This document shows, piece after piece, positions 49,201 to 60,171 of a stretch of 64,000 bases of DNA (positions within the stretch are counted from its first letter, which is position 1; every line of letters starts with the position of its first letter). Origin of the DNA: Oopsacas minuta (taxonomy: Eukaryota; Animalia; Porifera). The stretch covers positions 434,001 to 498,000 of the forward strand of contig JAKMXF010000044.1 in NCBI GenBank assembly GCA_024704765.1, written 5' to 3'. Below the pieces are notes generated by a model. It was not told the origin of the DNA. It made no database searches and saw only the letters and a list, made by a program, of their open reading frames with translations. The position numbers and the translations under genes are program-made.

Positions 49201-52200
49201 TTAGCTTCAGGATAGTAGGACGGTAACTTGAAGCATACTTCATTAGCAAAACACTTTTTCTTAAGACGTGTACAAGTAGAGTAGATATACTGATATAAAT
49301 AGAAGAGAAAACTACTCAAATTCTGTTCAACGAAAGTAGGTAGAACAAATCTCATAGTTTCTTCTGGATTGTCTACTTTACTATCTGGTTGTAGGAAAGT
49401 TATGTCTTGAGCGAATAATTGTATGTTAGCTTGCTGACTGAACGAATCACACAATTTGGTTAGAATTTCATTGTACATTTTATCCTCAATATTGTTAAAT
49501 ACCAATTCTTGATAACTTTTGCTTGGCTTGGTAACCCCGTACACATCAAATCTGAGTAGTATATCCTCTGCTTTTCCTAGTCTACTGTCTTGCTGATTAC
49601 TCTCATCTCCTGCACTATCATTATCTACTGTATTAATGTACATGTAGTATATCCGGTCAGTTGCTGCGTCCTCTTCAAGAATGTAGATTGAATTAGCATT
49701 CTTACACTTGAGAGATTCCAAATACTTCTTAGCTAGTGACTGTGCTATCTGTCTTCCTAATCTCCAATGTACAGGTATGTTGTATTCAAATTGGTGGGGA
49801 CAAGCTAGATTAGATTGAAAGAAACATTTCGTCCCTTCTTCCAATTCTTCAGGGCGATAGTCTACAGATAATTGTGAATACATCATTTTATTGTTGTATA
49901 AATCGTGTAATAAAAGTATCTGGAATACTCTTCTGCAAACAGCTTCTACTGCTTTATTTCCCTGTTCAAATAGCCAATGAGAAGATATTTTATCTTGTCT
50001 GTCAGTTTTGTTGTAATGGATATAGAAAGTAATCTTAGGACACTCAGTACTAACCTCCATTACAATCCAGTAGTTGAGTTTAGCATAGCATTCATTTATT
50101 AGTTTAAGATTGTAATACAAACCGTATTTATCAGAACGAAATCCTGGAATATCTTTATCCAGCTCTCCCATGAACCTCTCTTTATTCCCTGACGTGAGTG
50201 CTAGCATTGAGTACGTGATGTTCTCATGGAGATAGTACATAGTGCACGTTAACTTACCAAGTTCTCGGCCTTGTTTTATATGGTCTACTATCTCCAGTAG
50301 AAGTGCTGTAGATGTTAAGTTGTTAGAAAGAGCTCCAACAGTTAAATCGTTTATCTGCCATTGAGTTTCTTCTAACAAGTGAGTAAGCAATCCATCATGA
50401 GTGATAGTTAAATCTAACATTTGTATGTTGACATTTGGAATATGAGTATTACTTTTAATGAGTTTAACTAAAATATGTGCTTTCATCTCGTCTGGAGTTG
50501 TTAAAACCTGTCGTGTAAGGTCCCGTCTGTCTAGACTACTGGTCCTGGAGTGTGATACCGGGAGAGACAGGTGGAGTTCACTTGACTGTTTGGTTCCAGA
50601 TGAGGCTGTCCTTTCATGCTCTCGCTCTATAATGTAGAATTCAGCTGGTTGAGTATCAAATGTGTAACAATCAATTCCCAAAATAGCTGAGTGAATAGAG
50701 TTCTCTTTTTCTTGTAGATATTCGTTGAGAGTTAAATCTTGTAAGAGTATGTCTTCACACACACCTGACTCACGTTGTAGACTCATTTTTAACTGAATGA
50801 ACATTTTCACATCTTCCTTGATTGTTATACTATTTAGCTTTGTATTCCTTTCACACATATGAGCAAACTGATCAAAAGAGAAGTAATATAATCCTTTTTT
50901 TTCTGGGCAGGGAATAAAACAGGGAAGTTTCCCTTTCAGGAATCTATCTAAACTGAGTGAAACAGCTGGTCTTAGAGCAGTAACTGTAGAGAGAGCTTTC
51001 AGTGTAGAAGTTAGATCTAGAGAGGAGTGGAAAGTTTCCTGATTACAGTAATCAAGACAAGTTTGAAAGACAGTAGGGTTGATTGGCATCTTCCTTGCTA
51101 TGTAAGAAACCACAACATCAACAAAACTCTTATGAAACTCTCCCTGGAGATATGTGAGGAAATGTTTGAGTGAAATCGGCATATTTGGGTAATTATAAAT
51201 GCAACTATTTGGTTCGTAGAAATAACATGAAGGCATTTCAAAGAGTCTATCAACTGCTACGTAATATATCAATATAGGAAATGTTTTAACTTCAGGGAGT
51301 GTAAGGTAGGTAGGAGTATATTGCAGGTGTTGAGATATGCTTAGAGTGCAGGTAGGCATTGTTATGAAATACGCTTCTGAGCTGTCAACCTCCATTTTAT
51401 AAAGAAACCGAAAATTGAGTTTATTCACCAATAATTCGTATAAGAGTTGTGTTTTGGATTTATAGAAATGAATGAGATTTGTAAGATAATGATCAGTATC
51501 TGAAATAGTCTTACAAACAGGACGTATCATGAGGGATATGTCAATCTGTGTTTCTAAGCAGGAAACGTCTGTTAGTTTGTTAATTAGTTTGTGTATAATC
51601 TGGTCATTAAGTTGATGAGTTTCTTCAATTGAACCTTGCTCTAAGAAGAGCGGAGCATCGAATATGAGAGTAGAACAATTGTCGAGTAGACATTCCAGAC
51701 TAGGAACTGAATTAATCTGGTAATCAAATCCTATGGAAGAGAAATTCAATGTACACTCCAACATTTTAAAATCATCTCCAGCAACATTTTCAAATAACTG
51801 ATCAGTAGAAATTCCATTGATCAAAGGTTTGTTAGAGGAAATTAAACCTTTTATAGGTTCGAGGAAGAAGTCAACTTGAAGTTGCCAAGTTTGCTCAACT
51901 TGTTCAAGATATAAGAAATAACAAACTAGAACATTGTGTGTGAAGCTTCCGCTCTTAACTTTTATTTGCTGAAACAAGGTAGTATAACTGTTTGATTTGA
52001 ATACTGACCAACCATCATTAACTTTATTCTGAACAAATAGCTTAGCCACTTGGAGCAACAATTTATGATCCTCTTCACTAAGAGCCTTTTGAGGAAATGA
52101 GACTGAGCGAGTAAGAAAGTAACATTTAATTATGTGATAAGAAAGAAATGTATTCCTTTTGAAATTAAAGCGGAATATCTCTGGAATATCTTGAGTATAG

Positions 52201-54056
52201 AATTGGTAGGTATTTTTTAGAGAAGATGGTGAATTTGTTGATTTGCAACGTAATTTAGGAGTTTTGATATTTTGTAGGAGTAAGTATAGTTTTTCAATAA
52301 CTTCGTTTCTACTGAGAGAGAAGTGAAATCCAAAATAAATTGTAAGTAAGGGAGGATAAGAGGCGTCTAGTGAAACCAAACAGAAATGTCCACCCTCCCC
52401 AAACTGGACAATATAGAAGTCTGTTCCTTCAACCTCAGCCCCACCCCACTTTACAAGAGCTGCGTGAATGTTTTCGCTATCTCCCGGTTCCTCCAGAGAT
52501 AGGTGGAATACACAAGTTGTCATCCATGTGTGCCATTGCCTAACTTTGTTTTGTAGAATCGCCTTCAATTTTATTGGTCCATATTCACTAGTTTTTTTAG
52601 GATGCTCGTGATCCGGTGTAGAGTCATCTCCCTGTATAGACTGAACATCACCTGTTAGATTTGAGTTGTAAATACAATCTAGTATAGTTAATCTGTGAAT
52701 CAATTCCTTGAAGAATTGTCTAAATATTTCAACTTGTTGAGTTCTAAATGGCAGATATTCTCTCTTATGTGAATCTACGTTATACTCTAGAATATCTAAA
52801 ATCCTTTGTTGGTGGCTTGTATGAAAGATGGATATTTCTAACGGAAGTATATCTGGGTGAGAATTAAACTCAGAAAGTTTTATATTAATTAGTGTAGATT
52901 CATCCCATGGTCTCGATAGTTGTAAATCAATTAATTCTTCTGTATTATTATCTAGACAGAATCCGAGTTGAAACAGAGAAGTGAGCAAGTGAGATGCAGT
53001 TGTGCGCGCCTGTATTTTGTGAGGTTTGGATGAAATTGTCTTGTTTGAGCGGAGCGGATATTCGTTATTAGAATCACTTTCAACGAGAGTACTCTTATTG
53101 CATTTTGATTGGAAATAAGTAGTGAGAAATATTTTTTGAAATAAGTTTAATTTATCATCGGAAATGGTTCGAATCGAACATACTGAAGGCTTATAATCTG
53201 GATGCAATACAACTCCTTGTGAGACACGAGCTATAAATCTGATCGCTGAGTAGTTGGGGAAATATCCTAAGTTAGCCAACTCTCTAGAAGGCTGAGGAGT
53301 GAGAATGGAACATGAAATTCTCTGATCCAACAGCTGAGTTACTATGTAGTTCTTAGTTGGCATATCTGGGAAATCTGATAGAGGGAGTGATACAAGTAAA
53401 ATTTGTTTGTGTTGATTGTTGGGAAGGAAATTGAACGAGTAAATACACACCTGTAATATGTCTGCTATTGATTTGTACTTTGAAAGGGTTCTTGAGTTTT
53501 GAGAATAGTTACACATACATTTATACCAACTCATTACTGTGGAATCCAACTCTGTGATAAACTCATTTATCGTGTCTTGCCGGAGCTGAATCGATTGGTG
53601 TAAAACCTTCACAAAGAATCCAATATTATACCAATCATATGAGAATATAATGAAAGTGATTGTAATTTTGGGTATTCTCTCTTCTGACCTAATGATTGTA
53701 GATTGACAGATGTGTGTCAGAATGTGAGTGAGGTATTTGGTTAGCGATAGGAAGATATTACTGGATTCATTTATTAACAGAGTCAACATATAACTACTTA
53801 GGTCTAGAGCAATAACTAGGCTACAATTGGTGTGTACGAGATAGTATGAAGATGAGAAATTAAAATCCCTTACATTTCCTTCTTCAGAAATTTGAGAGAG
53901 GTGAGATACGAATTGAACAACTTCACGTACTGTAACAGCTTCAGACCAACAATAATCCTCAATAGATTCATAATCCTTGTCACAGGATGCATACACAAAC
54001 TCTGTAACATGAAACAGTTGAAATTGTGTTGTCATTACTAGTTGAATAAATTTCAA
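46251..54056 (-). CDS. SZT2: KICSTOR scaffold SZT2-like protein, single 7.8-kb ORF
   Basis: Uninterrupted 2601-codon frame (first ATG at 54035). SLVIALDLS..; CPHQFE..IPVHWRL...; F.VYGV.KP...; QL...DITFLQP; PRQSFII match SZT2 blocks as recalled. Confidence 0.82.
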   Translation of the reverse strand: MKFIQLVMTTQFQLFHVTEFVYASCDKDYESIEDYCWSEAVTVREVVQFVSHLSQISEEGNVRDFNFSSSYYLVHTNCSLVIALDLSSYMLTLLINESSNIFLSLTKYLTHILTHICQSTIIRSEERIPKITITFIIFSYDWYNIGFFVKVLHQSIQLRQDTINEFITELDSTVMSWYKCMCNYSQNSRTLSKYKSIADILQVCIYSFNFLPNNQHKQILLVSLPLSDFPDMPTKNYIVTQLLDQRISCSILTPQPSRELANLGYFPNYSAIRFIARVSQGVVLHPDYKPSVCSIRTISDDKLNLFQKIFLTTYFQSKCNKSTLVESDSNNEYPLRSNKTISSKPHKIQARTTASHLLTSLFQLGFCLDNNTEELIDLQLSRPWDESTLINIKLSEFNSHPDILPLEISIFHTSHQQRILDILEYNVDSHKREYLPFRTQQVEIFRQFFKELIHRLTILDCIYNSNLTGDVQSIQGDDSTPDHEHPKKTSEYGPIKLKAILQNKVRQWHTWMTTCVFHLSLEEPGDSENIHAALVKWGGAEVEGTDFYIVQFGEGGHFCLVSLDASYPPLLTIYFGFHFSLSRNEVIEKLYLLLQNIKTPKLRCKSTNSPSSLKNTYQFYTQDIPEIFRFNFKRNTFLSYHIIKCYFLTRSVSFPQKALSEEDHKLLLQVAKLFVQNKVNDGWSVFKSNSYTTLFQQIKVKSGSFTHNVLVCYFLYLEQVEQTWQLQVDFFLEPIKGLISSNKPLINGISTDQLFENVAGDDFKMLECTLNFSSIGFDYQINSVPSLECLLDNCSTLIFDAPLFLEQGSIEETHQLNDQIIHKLINKLTDVSCLETQIDISLMIRPVCKTISDTDHYLTNLIHFYKSKTQLLYELLVNKLNFRFLYKMEVDSSEAYFITMPTCTLSISQHLQYTPTYLTLPEVKTFPILIYYVAVDRLFEMPSCYFYEPNSCIYNYPNMPISLKHFLTYLQGEFHKSFVDVVVSYIARKMPINPTVFQTCLDYCNQETFHSSLDLTSTLKALSTVTALRPAVSLSLDRFLKGKLPCFIPCPEKKGLYYFSFDQFAHMCERNTKLNSITIKEDVKMFIQLKMSLQRESGVCEDILLQDLTLNEYLQEKENSIHSAILGIDCYTFDTQPAEFYIIEREHERTASSGTKQSSELHLSLPVSHSRTSSLDRRDLTRQVLTTPDEMKAHILVKLIKSNTHIPNVNIQMLDLTITHDGLLTHLLEETQWQINDLTVGALSNNLTSTALLLEIVDHIKQGRELGKLTCTMYYLHENITYSMLALTSGNKERFMGELDKDIPGFRSDKYGLYYNLKLINECYAKLNYWIVMEVSTECPKITFYIHYNKTDRQDKISSHWLFEQGNKAVEAVCRRVFQILLLHDLYNNKMMYSQLSVDYRPEELEEGTKCFFQSNLACPHQFEYNIPVHWRLGRQIAQSLAKKYLESLKCKNANSIYILEEDAATDRIYYMYINTVDNDSAGDESNQQDSRLGKAEDILLRFDVYGVTKPSKSYQELVFNNIEDKMYNEILTKLCDSFSQQANIQLFAQDITFLQPDSKVDNPEETMRFVLPTFVEQNLSSFLFYLYQYIYSTCTRLKKKCFANEVCFKLPSYYPEANLLELSENFFISAERPIQTRSIILIGVILVDKINCTPVSFRESSELQLHSPPATLDDVLSDVGDSNMFNSSYEINVMMWQHGNADCEKMRDKLFTHCNFAVYDFLVEYYFLRIPYSYRFESFSQALIKNSPEPSPVVNREPRTKPPPISGIKVDSRESTDVSLIDLIINYNSNPIIQDKYSNPLDRDFLKGVKYFTSLSDKFDTSTLKHLTGDLPDSVTIPRFFSLLLKHINQICRSFEFTQDLFQKDSQSNNSYYSIDISSLFDTKDSGFHTDEYILVCRSPFHWLQSHNVTGESKRIISKKVTHISTHSTILKYPLDPYSDIVSRDEPFFDTFKQHYPDDVIPRQSFIIVSVVARNAACCSYNCSKAITTRLSDNFKSILSLIRQEVCVWEFLIKLKEFGNLQDLGVLDENVRESFLSVFSQTIHSLSLEEILEKLNLNRISTKMSDFCHFSTKLNQLFTQYLNSLRRSYVISLLDKSKIPLGFGIKDIEIILNDSYSIHYSTGELNVVQFLRDRNLDSHFPQIPLRTMQTFPPRQKKSNSLIYTLLYSYVTQLTLSGYILILVNAPIENLYEVYLYKNTDCTSIILKLCLEHTQFTLQIFTSQFIFDQFIDTVLYRALPVVSILSFENDFFLGYIHSILYKNIHHTPTKILCPKGIICSVISNLQYGDQPCYNSARKLAVYYRNFYTVVIVDFILEHTLAYGLCHIGNSPHSLTVYLLSSNSENFSYFYDSFPQLKMLGEDYEIYIIFDLAVTNKSQIPQNCEVYVVIIRKKCFTGNLFNSSPIYEHSTSSLTSDKILDELDFQVCCQAFFDNLFELAILQQKKENIFKTFISSLRATTRRVKISFDQVTQLEQSIHSYPITRLLCPFNNIIMTKRGIFTDFLKRKDPSLPGLIVFSNLKNDFSIYLFICSRDEVASSFIICFFSTLNGSNEGIKLIHFFVNPTDSFNEQEIQVTLTNHFKKELEIVIKAFKAFTSLSIK

Positions 54057-54323
54057 TTCTCAAATAATGTTAATACTTGGAAAATTGTCCAGGGATGGCG
54101 AAAGAGGAAAGGCATAACTTGAGATACTATGTATACATGTTCACATATATCTAAATAGAACCCTTAGCTTATTGATTGATTAATTTTTCCATACAATAAA
54201 TACATACATAGAGTTACAGACATTGCCAAGTTTACTAAACTTATCTGGGCGGGTCATGGTGCATGGAGGTCTAATTAGGAGTAATTACATAATTACTCAG
54301 TACATCACTTCTATGCCATTCAT

Positions 54324-54375
54324 ATGTACAGTGGATTCTCTCTAATTGTCCAATTAGAGAGAATCCACTGTACAT
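54324..54375. repeat. Perfect 25-bp inverted repeat with 2-nt loop (minimal CAGT/TA-type MITE)
   Basis: atgtacagtggattctctctaattg-tc-caattagagagaatccactgtacat. Confidence 0.9.
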
Positions 54376-54561
54376 TCAACTCAAGTTTAGGATGATGCTA
54401 GGACGATTTCTGTGCGCTAGATAAGGGGTACGCCTGATAAAGAATATATAAGACATAAGAAATTTACTATGTTGACTGACTGTTGCATATATAAAAGTTA
54501 TCAGCAGATATATATATATAAATGTAAAAGTTGTCAAAGAATCTGAAAATAAACCAAACTA

Positions 54562-57500
54562 CTAATCTGACTGCATCGTGAAGGATGAGGATAATACTTC
54601 ATCTGTTTGATAATCCTCCATTTGCAAAGCGATATCATAAGGATAAGTAGTCTCTAAATCTGAATCATAACTAGTTTCAGCTCTTACATCGCTATCATCA
54701 CTTTCTCCAGGAGCAACCTCGTGTATAATACTGTCCCAGCCAATATTATCCCCAACAAATGCGAATATCGTCATTTTGTCATTGAAATAGGAAGGAAATA
54801 ATAAACTCTCATGCTTTTTTGTTCTTGGATGATACTTAGTAATTTGTTGTGTGCCAGTTACAAGCCAATTCGAGGTATAACTAGGGTGTAAATCAATACC
54901 TGGGAGAAATGTTCTACTCTCTTCAACTAGGGTACATCTCTCACGGTCTAGGTCGTGTCCTGGCCTGCCATGACGGAGATTATGCAAAAATTTATTCAAT
55001 CTTAATCGGTTGACTTGGAGATGAAAGCTTTCATCAGTATCTTCAAGACGAGTAAGAAATTCTGAAGAAAACGATTTTTTTAATTCTATCTTAGCTAGGT
55101 TCTCCCAATCTCCAACATCTAGGCCATTTTCCGAAAATATTTTATCCATTGTCTCGCTTGGATAAACTAATATTCTTTTTACATAAAATTCTTTGACAAA
55201 TTCAGTAGCAACAGAAATAGTAAGCGCGAGATCTTCTTCGGTCATGCGAATGCTTTGAAGATTAACACTAGGAATATTCAATGTGTAAGAAGATCTCCTG
55301 GCCTTCAGTTCTTTATGTAGTTGCTTAGTTAATTCCTTTTTCTGCTTAGTGATATCTAGATATGTTTCATTGGAATCTTCATATCTATTAGAGTAACCAA
55401 ATGAAGATAGAACTTTACTCACGAATTTAACATATGCTAATCTAGGCTGATCTATAAGCAATGTCATAAAGTTTTCGTAAAATCCTAATTCCCTTGACTC
55501 CAAATCATATTCTAGTTTTATAAGGGCTTGGCTAGGTTCAATTTGATAATAGTAGTTAGTAGCTAATCCCGGGCCTGATATCCTTTTGGCTACATAGGAA
55601 TCAGTAACAGGTATACGACCTCTCCTCTTTATGATCAAAAAGTACATAATAGCATCCCAGAAGAATCTGGTTATTCTGAAAATGAGGGCAACAATTGTCC
55701 AGAAAAACGAAATGATAGGCATTGTGCAGATGACGGAAAAAGCGAAAAAGAACTGTAAAAAGACACGAACAAACAGTTTGTAAAAGATGAGATAGAAAAT
55801 GGGCATTATGTGCCCATGACTATTGCCACCTTTCGTGGGATCAATATACTCCCAATCATAGAACATCCAACGAACCAATACCAAGAAAATACGCAAAAGT
55901 AGAAACCAGATAGGAAGAGTGAGTATTAAAACTACCCCCAAGTTTATAATAAAACAACATAGAATAATCCAAAACATAACCAAGAGAATACTTCCAAAAA
56001 CTCCCCAGATTATGTTATAATTAAACCAGTTTAAGGGTCGAGTAATATTCTTTGGAAGAAATCCGGTATCAGGCCGAGACTCGAACTCTATTCGTTTCTG
56101 CCGGATAGTTCGCCAGAGGCCAACCAATCTAGTGAACATAGTTTTTCCTCTCTTACTAACATACACCTCTCCTGTTTGGGAATCAAGTGAGTACTCGGTA
56201 GGATGCTCGTAGCATAAAAAAAGCACACTTAAACTGAATGGACCTTTCAATACAAGCCCTAACAGCAACACAAACAAAACGTCCATTAGCCAAGTATAAT
56301 AAGAAATAAAAAAGTTTCTCCATCTCCACCCTGGGTACTTTGATGTCACTTCATGCTTATGTACTTTACTAATTGAAAATTTCCTTGGATGATAGCCTTT
56401 TGATCGATTGCTAGCCTCTTTTTTCGGAATAATTGGAAAATCTTTTATTCTTTCTCCTGTCTCGATTTTCGTCACTATATAACTTCTAGGATTCCAAATT
56501 TTCCTCTTATATGTTTTTGTCTCAACATCATAGCATATTTTCGTAATATTTTTCTTAATTCGAATTAAGTCATGATTAAATTCTTCACAAATATTTAGAA
56601 AATATATCCACTCGTCTCCGATCTTAGGATTAGAACTAAACAATTGACGAATGTTTTCAAAAGAGTTTTCTGGTACAGTCGCATTATTTCTAGCCTTAGT
56701 TTTCTGTTCTTCCATCCAAAGATCACATTTCGATCTAATTGAATTACGTCTTTCCAATTCTGCGATGCGACTGTTCGCTCGTTCATCAATTCTTTCCTTT
56801 TCATTTTTAATAGAGACATGTACTGCTTTTAATCCTTGTAAATAACTCTCTATCACTCCACCCTGTCCTAAAGGTATTACATCATTAATTGCGGGATGTT
56901 CTTTAAATGAAACAACGAGCTCATTCAAAAAATCTACATCGAACCGATCTCGAATATATTTAGTAATCTCTTCACTTGAAGCGCCTTGCGTTTGATATTC
57001 TTTTATTAGGCCCTGAACATATTTTGGAGGATATTTTTCTTTAGTAGCGTCCCGCGCTTTCGCGAATATGTCAGATCTGACAGATTCATTAAGTGTGCTA
57101 ATCCATGAAGAAGAAACACTAAACACATTGACATTATGGCCAAGAGAATTCCTATACAAATGTGGTACTTTAGAATGTTTTATTTGTAAATCACGGTGAC
57201 CTCCATAACGTTTCATCTCTTTTGTGTGTTCCACAACTTTGTCACGATTCTTCTTCGTTAGAGACAGAGTAGAATCAGTTTTAAGTCCTCTCATAAGATA
57301 AGATAAGAGAGCACTATCTCTATTGAATAAAGATATTCTCAGCTGTCCACCAACTAACAAGTTATAGACAAAGTAAATTGAATAACCAAAATGTTTAATT
57401 GCATTTTTGAGGCTGTAGGAGTCACCAATCACTCTGTTTCTAGCTATTATGAACGTGAAATAGTAAGCTCTAGCTAGAGCATGCTTAAGATCCTCGTTTG

Positions 57501-58659
57501 CCCTGTGTCTACCTTTTTGTAACACTTGTGAAATTCTCCAACAGTGTACTGCTCCTGGAAAGTTATTAGAAGGAACTTCGAAAGTCCCGTCGTGTCTGAT
57601 ACCTCTCAGTTGTACTCTATTCAATCGCCTCAGAGATCCATCAGGTTCAATCCCAAGTTCTCTCAGCTCGTTAGGATCTGGAGCTATGAAAGGCTCTAAC
57701 TTCTCAGTTTCTGGTCCTTGGGGGAATAATCTCTCTTTCTGTTGAGAAGAGGGTGGGATAATTGGCAGATGGTGGAACTTCCAAAGTCTTTCTCTTGATA
57801 TGTCTTGTATCTAAATGGAGTTTGGAGAGTTAACAAACAGACAGACGAACAACAGTTTAGATGGAACAAATTTGGTCCCACCCTAGGATCAATATTCCAT
57901 TGAAATCAGGTCATAGATCTTGACTCTCCAAAAGTTCATCTTCCACTAATGATGTTAATTATTTATTCACGTAGTAATTAGATAGACGTAAAGCCGGGGG
58001 ACCAAATTTTTCAGGGTAGGCTAATTTCCCATGAAAATTTGGTCCCCAGACGAACGTTTCAAGGGACAAAATTTTCTTCACAGGCCACTTAAATTCACGA
58101 GGGACCTTAAATTATTGAGGGGGCTCTGCAATATCCAGGCCCTCCAAATTTTTGAGAGAGACTCGTAAATTATTCAGGGCGCCTAAGTGGCCCTGGGGGG
58201 GTTGTCCCATGCCCCATGGCAAATCCGATCGTGCCCCCCTCTCGGAAGTGTCATTCATTGCTTAAAGTTTGAACTTCCATAGCTAGTAGCCTATTACCCT
58301 AGTATGCTATTACTTACCCTAACAATACTCTCATTCAATTCCCTATCAAATTCATCCAGTTCAATAGTCACTTTGAGAGGAGTTACAACATGAGCATTGT
58401 CTCCTCTCTCCTCTTCATCATCTCCATGAGAACTCATATCACTGTAATTAACTTCAGTATCACATCTCACTCCTTCTAGCAGAGCTCCTGGCAAGTCTAA
58501 AGTAGCAGCTCCTGCTTCAGAATACACGATCAGCTGTTCACCTCTTATAGGGTCATCATCATCATCTCCAGGAGTTTGAGCAAGAGCTTCCGGAGTTGAT
58601 ACAATATTTTCTGTCTCATCAGGAGATATCATTATATCGTAGTCTACTTTTGATACCAT
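54562..58659 (-). CDS. Uncharacterised multipass membrane protein, 2 exons (58659-58318, 57810-54562), about 1196 aa
   Basis: The 58294-58659 ORF has a perfect AGG|GTAAGT donor at 58318/58317. The 1020-aa frame stays open upstream to 57810, right after a pyrimidine tract and TAG acceptor; both junctions are phase 0. Acidic N-terminus, coiled-coil segment and three long hydrophobic blocks. Confidence 0.8.
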
Positions 58660-60171
58660 TTGTTAAGATGCTAACTGTGTTTAGGATTAAGTAAGTATTG
58701 AATTGTAATGTTGAAAAGCGTGAGAAATATAACCTTATATAAAAAGTGAGGTATTAAAAAGTACCTGGGGCCTTATTAACTAAAATTCTTAAGTCAAATT
58801 CTTAGAATAATTCTAAGAATTCGAAGAATTCTAAGAAAAATATTTAGTGAGGTAAAGAGGACACTTAACTTATAATTTATTCTACTTTTCTATGAAATGA
58901 TAATCAATACGCATTTATTTACAAAGAAGATTGTTTATCGCTTAAGACAATATGTTTGATTATCATATCCACATGTAATACCCGTAGCATAGAACTATAG
59001 TCGAATTACATACCAACTATATTTAGATACCATTTCTGGTACAACTATAGAATCCGACACCCCCCAACTTTTTTAATGTAGTCAAAAATCGCTATATGCA
59101 CCGTTGAAGAACTCGTTGAGAGAAGCTGATAGAGCTTTCGAACTCAAAAATCGGATGGAAACTGACGAAGTTACGAAAAATCTCCTAAATAAGCCAAATC
59201 CTATGGAGAAAATTGCATTAGCCACTATACTGAAATAATGTGATGAATTCTATACAAACTACCTCAGGAATGCACATATAATCAATCTTGCGGTTATCAA
59301 CGCTTGCGTCAGTTGGTTGATTCTTTTATGAATTTATTAGTTTGTGTAATTTGTAGTTATTACTATTAAGAACGGTCAATTTAAACCTGGCGTGGCCTGG
59401 CTCCCAAAGGGGCGAAAACCTGGTCACACCGTATATCTCGAAAACTATAATTCGCATCGCTTAGCTTTAAAAAGGAAAACGGTAGGTCTTGGCCTCATCT
59501 AGCCAAAAAATACCACTTGGACCGCATCCAGCTATCCTAACAATAGGTGTTATGCACTATTAATGTTGCCAAATAATCATCAAGTACATTTCAAAGATAT
59601 CTTAACTAGGATTCATTTGTTTGCTATTCAGTATATTTCACTGCAGGTAATTCTTGTTACTTTAAAGGAAAGCTGGTTATTACATAATTCTGTCTACAAC
59701 ACTAAATATACAATGCAACATGCATTGAATATTTTATACTGTGGCACCTCGATAATTCGCCCTAGTTAATGGAATTCCGGATATGACGCATATATTTGCA
59801 TATATTCTGTTTCCTAAAATGGTAGTTTAATTTGTATTACTCCGGCCAAGGCAAACCAATTTTGATCGTTCGTTTGTGTTCGTATCAATGTTAGAAACAA
59901 TTCATGTACTATTTAATCGCATAGTTATTGATCCAGCTTCTCTCCAGGTGCGTTAGTAATGTTGGAACAAAGTTTTCATGGATTTCTACTTATGATAGTA
60001 GACAGAATATTAAATATATGACACCCCATGGCTGGATATAATACTATGGGTAGTAGTTATATTTGGAGTAACTAACTAGTATTAAGCTTTCTATCTACTA
60101 CTTTAACTACAAATCTACAATAAAACATCTACTGCTACAAAAAAAATCACCAAAGCAGAAGTATGGTACAG

